Below, piece after piece: positions 36,592-43,751 of a DNA stretch of 43,751 nt. This DNA is from Nemertoderma westbladi (lineage: Eukaryota > Animalia > Xenacoelomorpha). The DNA lies in NCBI GenBank assembly GCA_032718475.1, contig JAUCBJ010007506.1, positions 1 to 43,751 on the forward strand. Direction: 5' to 3'. The translations under genes and the position numbers were made by a program. Position 1 is the stretch's first letter. Each line of letters starts with the position of its first letter. Under the pieces are notes generated by a model. The model ran no database searches, was not told where the DNA came from, and was given only the letters and a program-made list of their open reading frames with translations.

Positions 36592-39500
36592 CTACGTTGA
36601 AGAGCCCCTAGATGTTTGAGGTATTAGGGAGGTGGTCGTGGGAAGAGTGTCTTGTCTTCCATAGTTTCCGGAGAGTTCCCTGTCTCTTTCCAGCAAACAT
36701 AAGCGACCAACTGGGCGATTGAGTTGTTGCGTCTCAAAGATTATCCCGGGTTTCTTGAAGTTACGCCGCATTACGACGAGTTCTACTGAGCGCACTAGAC
36801 CATCCTCCGAGATATGCGTCTCGATGATACGACCGATCTGCCACCGTCTACGTGGGAGGTCCGGATCTACAATAAGGACCATGTCTCCGGCGCTGACATT
36901 TTCCTGCTGCGCAAACCACTTAGTTCGAAGTTGTAGCGTGGGCAGATAATGTTTCTCAAAATGGTCAGCGAAACGACGGGATAGCAACTGCATAAGCTGC
37001 CAAGTTCGACGACAGTATTCATCTCCATCGGCAATCTCGGATTGTGGGAGCATGGCTACAGGTTTCTTAAGTAGGAAGTGCGCGGGTGTTAGCGCTTCCA
37101 GGGAGTCGATACTCGATGAGACTGGCATAAGCGGTCTCTCGTTAAGATAGGCAGCGATTTCTTCCATTAACGTCCGTAGAAGTTCGTCGGTGAGATATGC
37201 GCGGCACGGCACTATAAAGTGAAATGCGGTCTTGACACTTCGAATTAATCTCTCCCAACTTCCTCCCCACCAAGGGGCATCGGCGGCGTTAAAGGTCCAG
37301 CTAGACGCCGTTATCCGTAGCTGGTCATCCACCTGTCTTTGATTCCAGTCCTTTACGTAAGCCTGAATTTCGTTGTTGGCACCAATGAAGTTCGTTCCCT
37401 TATCGGATCTCATCGTATTGCTAGTGCCGAAACGAGCGATCTGTCGTCGTAAACATAAGACGAAGCTGTTAGTAGATAGATCGTTCACCATATCGAGATG
37501 GATAGCTCTACAAGTCATGCAGACAAAGATTACACACCATCTTTTGATTATAGTTCTAGCACGATATACTTCAATAGGGCCAAATAAATCCACACCAGTA
37601 TTAGTAAAGGGTGGTTCATAAAAGCTTACTCGTTCCCTAGGTAATTCTGCCTCTCGCTGTGTTAAAGGCCTACTGAATACTTTCCTACAAGGTATGCAGT
37701 TCCTAAGAACTTGATTCAGAGCTCTACGTGGTTTATGAAAATAATAGCGGGTTCGAATTTCGCTAAGAACTCGTTCTCTACCAGCATGATACAGTTTACT
37801 GTGAACATCTACAATCATCTTGATTTGTACTTCAAGATTACTAATGAGTATAGGGAATTTAGTATCAAAAGATAATGGAGCGTTGGTAAGTCTTCCTCCA
37901 ACGCGTATTAACCCATCTATCATTGTGCTAGAGAAGCGATCCCTTAAGCGCATCTGCGGATTTCTTAACAACAGAAAATACTTATCGGGATCCTCATAGC
38001 ATTGCAAGAGTCTCAGTATCTGCTTATTAGTTTCTTCATGCTCCTGGTAGCTGATCTTCTCTTTTAGAAACCGGTCTGATATCTTGTACTTAGGTAGATC
38101 TTTAATAACATGAACTTGCGCAGATGTTACCGGAGCAGGATCACTAGTGGTCTTCTTCCTGGAGTAATGATGGTAAAAACATCTCTTTAAGTATGTGATA
38201 GCTTTACAGAGACGATTCCAGGAACTGTAATGATGCAATGCTCTCTGCAGCAGGGGTGAGATTCCTTGCGAGACGTCTGGTATCTCAGATTTCCAATCTC
38301 TGTCTCTAATTTCCACAACAGATTTGTTTGTGGCGAGGGATTGTGGATCCGAAGTATCGTTCTCGGCAGTATGTAATACAGATAGGTCGATTGTCGGTTT
38401 AAATAACTTCGATTTACTTGTCCGAATTTTGGGTTTGACTTTCTCCGCTCCCTTGGCTTGTCTAATCTCAGCCGTAGTAAGGTGAGGAGGCCATTCATCC
38501 TCTTCCTCGCTCAAGAAGCCGGGTCCACCCAACCAGTCAGGGGTATCTATCAGTTCCTGTGGAGTTGCTCCTCTGGAGGCGATGTCAGCTGGGTTAATCG
38601 TACCGGGGCAATGTCTCCATTGATCTATCGTTGTGCGACTAAGAATAATGGCTACTCTGTTAGTAACAAAGACGCTGAACTGACAGACTTCATTCGTTAT
38701 ATATTCCAATACAAGTAAAGCGTCGGTCCAATAAACAGTTTTCTCCAGTGGATAATCGATCTGTTCTGTTACATTCCGTCCGATAGCTGTAGCGTATAAT
38801 GCTGCTTTTAACTCCGCCCGAGGAACCTTAAGCTTGTTGTTAATCAATGCCTTAGAGGTAACCAAGGCAACTTTGATTCCATCCGGAGTTTCGACTCGCA
38901 GATATGCTACTATACCGATCCCCATATCGCTGGCATCTCCAAATACATGAAGTTGATAGGAATACGTAGGGAGAACATGACCAAAATATGAACGGGAAAT
39001 TATAAAGTTCTCGATGGCAGGTAGCGAATCCTCCCATTTCATCCATTTCTTTAATAGTTCTCCCTTGAGTGGATCGTCCCACGAGTGGTTTTCCAGCCAC
39101 ATTTGTTGTACTAAACTCCGAGCAATCAATATAACTGGGCTAATAAATCCCAAGGGATCGAAATAAGTGCTCAGAATACTTAAACAAATCCGTTTGGTCC
39201 GAACTGGATTATCTCGCTGTTTTAACTGAAAAAACAGGATATCTCTTTCTGTGTCCCACTTCAAGCCAAGCGTCTTGGTTTCCGGAAGATCGTCATGTAT
39301 TAAGTCGAGATCTTTTGATCCCCGGTCTTCTACAGATATTGCTTCCAGAAACTCACGGGAGTTGCTGGTGAACTTCGTCAATCGAAATCCACCTCTTTTC
39401 AAACACTCAACCGTTCCTTTCGCGACATCAATGGCTTCCTTTACTGATGGAAGGGACTTTAAATTGTCGTCCATGTATATGTCTCGTTTGATGTTATCTA

Positions 39501-39791
39501 TCACCTCTTTGGAGAAGGCATCCCGGTTGTCATCCGCAGTGGTACGGACCACTGAGCAGGCGTTTGAAGGGCTTGATATAATCCCAAAAGCCTGGATGGT
39601 CATCCAGTACTCTACCGGTTTCTGGTTGAGATCTCCTTCAGGCCACCACAGGAATCTTAGGCTGTCTCTATCCCGATCCAACGCCTTGACTTGTAGGAAC
39701 ATTCCTTCTATATCGGAGGCGAACGCGATGGAATATTGTCTTAATCTCAACAGTATCCCCAACAAAGATTGGAGCAAGTTAGGTCCTGGTA
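36592..39791 (-). CDS. BEL/Pao retrotransposon pol (RT-RNase H-integrase-DUF5641-like), 5'-interrupted
   Basis: GPNL, DIEGMF, YMDD (RT); LHVFGDAS, PRAEL, WTD, NPADIASRG (Pao RNase H/peptidase A17 region); H-H-CIPC, GVDLFGP, SDKGTNF, GGSWERL (integrase); LTPAHFL, DGLVRSV. Over 1060 codons without a stop. Gag and protease absent from the window. Confidence 0.95.
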
Positions 39792-40051
39792 AGTAGTATA
39801 CAATGCTATGACACTGGATAATGGTCACCCGTAGCCCATCATTACCGTCCATTTCTGGTACTCTGTCCAATCAGAAGCCACTATTTCAACCTTTAGCGGT
39901 GGTCGTTATTATTTCATCCAATCAGATGTCAGCATTTAATCCGTAACCATGGCAACTTCTCAAGTTCCCGCTTATTCCGCTAGAGGCGTTATTAGTCACC
40001 CAACGCTACTCATCCGTCCAATCATAAGCCTTTATTTTACAAGTGTTTGGA

Positions 40052-40270
40052 TGTCTACAGGTAACTTCTACTATTTTTCAAATCGCAATTTTTCAGCAAC
40101 CAGTATTTTTCATATTTACCAACCTTTATTTTACAGACGCTAGAGGTGTCTACAGGTAACTTCTACTATTTTTCAAATCGCAATTTTTCAGCAACCAGTA
40201 TTTTTCATATTCACCAACCTTTATCTTACAGACGCTAGAGGTGTCTACAGGTAACTTCTACTATTTTTCA
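40052..40270. repeat. Tandem repeat, ~2.3 x 95 bp
   Basis: TGTCTACAGGTAACTTCTACTATTTTTCA at 40052, 40147 and 40242. Confidence 0.92.
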
Positions 40271-40821
40271 CCAGTAACTAAATTTAATTTTGCAATTTTT
40301 CAGATAACAAAATATTCAACAGGGTTCGAACTCGGGACCATTATAACTCCCCACATTCCTCCACTCACTCCCCCATCCAACCTCGAGAGAAAAAGGCGAT
40401 AAATATCTGAGTTATACCATAGTCATTGAATTCTTCATCTTCATCACCGGTAGCAGATGTTTATAAATAGTTTCTAGTTCCTTATCATAATTACTATAGC
40501 GTAGAATACATTAATTCGACTATTAATAATAATCAATTTCTTTTATCGATGTAACTGATCGATCAACTAAGTTGAATATAAGTTAGAATGATAGGGCTAG
40601 CATTGATTACGTTGCATCTGTTACATGTTACTGCTATTTCACTCTCTAACTCACGCTAATGTAATAAATTTATCTGTACACGTTGCATCTGTTACACGAA
40701 GCTACTATATTCCTCACTGTAAGTCACTCTGCTGTATTAAACCAACCATATAAACCGAAGTTTTACAATCTAATAATCATTTATTTAGTTTTTATTTTTC
40801 AAAATAGTTTTCATTCTAATT

Positions 40822-41868
40822 ATGGATTTATTTAAAAAAACTTCAAGCAATACTTGGAAATTTACATTTAATAAATATACCTGTAGTATTGTTTATGGCA
40901 AGTACTTTATATTACTCTCATGCGATAGCAATGTAACAACATGCTTCTCTTACCTGGATACACTCTACCTTCTAGACGTCTTAGAAATATTATTCAACCA
41001 ACAAAAGGAATCACCAGTTTCAAGAGGTAATATTTATCCTAATATAGAATTTACAAGAGGAAAGTTAAATATTTCCACCTGTGTTATTACTGAAAACGTA
41101 TATATTCAGAAGCATGGCAAATGTCAAATTCTAAACAAATCACTCATTAATTTATTGCTTCAGAGTAAGACAGAAATATTAGAATTGTTATCACCACCAC
41201 TCGAAATAATAAATCAGTGTTATGTTGTTAATTTAACCAACCCATCTTTTGTTGGTTTTGTAAGCAAATATAAAGGAGCGACTTATATGGGACTATGGGA
41301 GATTTCAGCTAGATATTCTGATGCTATTGGTCTTAGGTATTATAATGGGTTTAACTTAACAGCATCGGAAGTAAATTCATTGTGGTATGAATGGAATTAT
41401 GAAATTAGTAACGAAGGTGTCTTTTCAGAGCTAGATACGGACGATAAAGTAGCTTTATCTGACCGACTTAAAGTAAAAATAAATGTACAAGAAAAAAAAG
41501 TAATTATTACAGACAAGGAAAGCAAATATTTACAGTTACATTACGATAAAGACATACCTCATATAGAGTTTCTCTACGATATGATGTTAAAGGTTTCATC
41601 AACTGATATAGCAGACGGTTTCGTGATTCTATATCCACCAACTTGGAAGTTTAAGGATAATAAGTCATTTCCAGAAGTAGTTTCATCCACATTTAATCCA
41701 AAGACATACATCGAAGAGACCTCGAGTGATAGAAAGCGCAGATCTACATCTCAAACATCTTCCATTCCCAACAATGATTCTATACCTACAAAGAAAATAA
41801 AAGTTACAAAAGCAAGTGAAGAGGTAGCAGATTACAATAAGGAACATATAAAAACAATATCAGATTGA
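40822..41868 (+). CDS. 348-aa hypothetical protein with a PC4-like ssDNA-binding motif
   Basis: Intact intronless ORF. VSKYKGATYMGLWE...NGFNLTASEVNSL resembles the PC4 pattern VxxFKGxxxxDIRE...KGISLxxEQWxxL. Basic RKRR and KKIK in the C-terminus. Confidence 0.6.
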   Translation: MDLFKKTSSNTWKFTFNKYTCSIVYGKYFILLSCDSNVTTCFSYLDTLYLLDVLEILFNQQKESPVSRGNIYPNIEFTRGKLNISTCVITENVYIQKHGKCQILNKSLINLLLQSKTEILELLSPPLEIINQCYVVNLTNPSFVGFVSKYKGATYMGLWEISARYSDAIGLRYYNGFNLTASEVNSLWYEWNYEISNEGVFSELDTDDKVALSDRLKVKINVQEKKVIITDKESKYLQLHYDKDIPHIEFLYDMMLKVSSTDIADGFVILYPPTWKFKDNKSFPEVVSSTFNPKTYIEETSSDRKRRSTSQTSSIPNNDSIPTKKIKVTKASEEVADYNKEHIKTISD

Positions 41869-43621
41869 TTTATTATTAACTAGAGACTTTTCTTTTTCAG
41901 TTTCACACTGACTTGTAAAGGTAACTTTTTATCACAAAGCGTGATTATTATAAAGTATTTGCATGTAAAGGTGACTTTATTGAGTAAATATTGGTGATAG
42001 TTTAATGTGAGCATGGGATTAGGTATAAAACATTCGCATGTAAATGCGTGAGTTTACACCACCATAATAAAACATTTGCATGTAAAACCTACTTTATCAA
42101 TGAAAATTAAAAACACATTATGTACATCTTGGTTTAGACTTGATTTTATTATAAAGAATTCAGTTGTAAAAGCAACTTTATTTATGATGTTAGTTTCCCA
42201 ATGAAACTGTTATTTATGATTGGTTGGTCTAAGTAGAAACTTGAAATATATATATAAAGAGCTCAACTGATTCATTCGAGCTCATTCTGAAAATATTAAA
42301 TTAATTAAAGTTTAGATATTATATTTTATTTGTGTTGAGTAGCTTATGAATTTTTTTTGATTATATATATATATATATATGTATAACGAACCTTTTACGC
42401 CCATTGAATATGTAAAAACGGTTTACATATGCAGTGGCGATTTCGTTCCCAAATATATATTGACGTTCTGTACTCATTCGAAGATACTTTGTAAAGCGCA
42501 TGAAAATAATGAGTGTATACAGTAGCGTTTTCGTCAAGAAAAAATTCGTCAAAACTTACGATCTTTTAAAAAAACACAGTATGTTAGTTTTATACAGTAT
42601 AATTATGTAACAAAAATTGTTAAGTGTAGGTAAACTTTACTGACTTTCAAGTACTGTACAAGTAGAGTAGTTGTATTGAGTAGGATATCAGCCTACTGTA
42701 TATACAGTAGTGCAAAATTACTGTAGGCCTACTATACATTCCGATTATTCTGTGTTTCTGTTTATTTATTATTTAATTATTAATTCACAACCAAGTTTGA
42801 TATATTTTGTTTTATTAAAACCCTATATCACTATATAACCTGACAATTTCAAATGGGAAGGGGGGGGGGATATACGCAAGAAATATTTAACCTACTTCAA
42901 GGGAAAATCGATGCGCAAATACCACCAACCAGCAAGAATAAAATGGGAACTTACGATATAAACTCTCATGTCACTCAGTTTCCCCTTTCTTCACACATTT
43001 ATTCCCCTTGTAAGCTTAATCCGTGCTTTGTTAGCGTTAGGTAAACATGCGAACATTAAACATACAATTTCATTTCAGACGTTAATAAAATTATGTTTTG
43101 ACGACCAACAAGTTACATTACATACTGTAGTAGGCCTATGTAAAAAAACGATGATACGTAAACATTGATACGTAAACAATGATACGTAAAGTCAATCGCC
43201 AGAGACTTGACTTTACCTGACATACTTGACTTGACTTGACATTGACTTGAAATATACCCCATTTGGCTTTGTCATCCTTCAGTTGATATAATTCAATTCT
43301 CATACTTGATTTGACATACACATACTTGACTTGAAATTCTTCTGCCAAAAGAAGTCAAATATGCTAAGTTAAGTACGTCAACTTTAAGTCAAGTAAAGTG
43401 ATCACTTAAACAGGCTATGATTTCTACATTATTTATGTATACATTTTGTCATTGTCACCACTATATTTCGTCAATTTAAGTCGATGAAATGCCAAAGGTA
43501 GGAAAAAATAAACATTTAAAGTCACAAATACGCCACAAATAATCCAAGTCGACATTTTATATATAGGAATATATAATGTAACAAATTCTCCAATCGGTGT
43601 TGCTAAAACGCCTTTCGTATA

Positions 43622-43751
43622 AAAAATAAATCTAAAGGGTTACAAATACGACGTATTTGTAACCCTTTAGATTTATTTTTAAACTTTCCGCGATGTGAAG
43701 ACAAGCTTTGTATGTGACGACATACAAAGCTTGTCTTCATATCGCGGAAAG
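43622..43751. repeat. Two adjacent long palindromes (29-bp and 32-bp arms)
   Basis: 43622-43680 is perfect around A43651. 43684-43751 has loop GACG and one G-T mismatch. Confidence 0.95.

Larger units (their letters stand above)
39792..42300 (+). mobile_element. Putative Polinton/Maverick left end inserted in the BEL RT (right boundary unknown)
   Basis: Pol homology stops exactly at AGTAGT (39792), the known Polinton-type terminus. It is followed by three CCAATCA boxes, tandem repeats and an intronless AT-rich ORF. No polB, capsid or integrase in the window. Confidence 0.55.

Noticed and set aside
36719-39796. Plus-strand and alternative-frame ORFs over pol (likewise those over NMNAT, myosin and the RTEs)
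   Set aside because: Shadow ORFs of real coding sequence with no independent motifs.
39793-39870. N-terminal ~25 aa of the 1092-aa ORF
   Set aside because: Not BEL-like; it is read-through into the inserted element's terminus.
42730-42775. YTFRLFCVSVY reading resembling the next myosin exon (TYSGLFCVVINPY)
   Set aside because: It lacks SG and NPYK, has no suitable acceptor, and runs into AT-rich sequence; a chance match.

Overview
AT-rich eukaryotic (invertebrate-animal-like) genomic DNA, dense in transposons; I cannot identify the species. Host genes: (+) the first coding exon of a non-muscle myosin II heavy chain (2772-3110), whose next exon I could not find, so the remaining ~40 kb may be one large intron. 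On (-) within it lie an intronless NMNAT (8945-9658), the last exon of a nine-finger C2H2 gene (12998-14323) and a complete six-exon RSU1 (30536-24061, 279 aa, one GC-AG intron). Between the genes are two RTE-type LINE families with (TAG)n tails, hAT/hATm, Harbinger, fold-back MITEs, SINE/tRNA-like elements and a hammerhead-like motif. The most unusual part is 31.8-42 kb. It holds a BEL/Pao LTR retrotransposon with an intact pol and an extra ~580-aa zinc-knuckle ORF (not env-like) between pol and the 3' LTR. A solo LTR is inserted in it, and its RT is cut by what looks like the left end of a Polinton/Maverick carrying a PC4-like ORF. All calls were made by eye without database searches.
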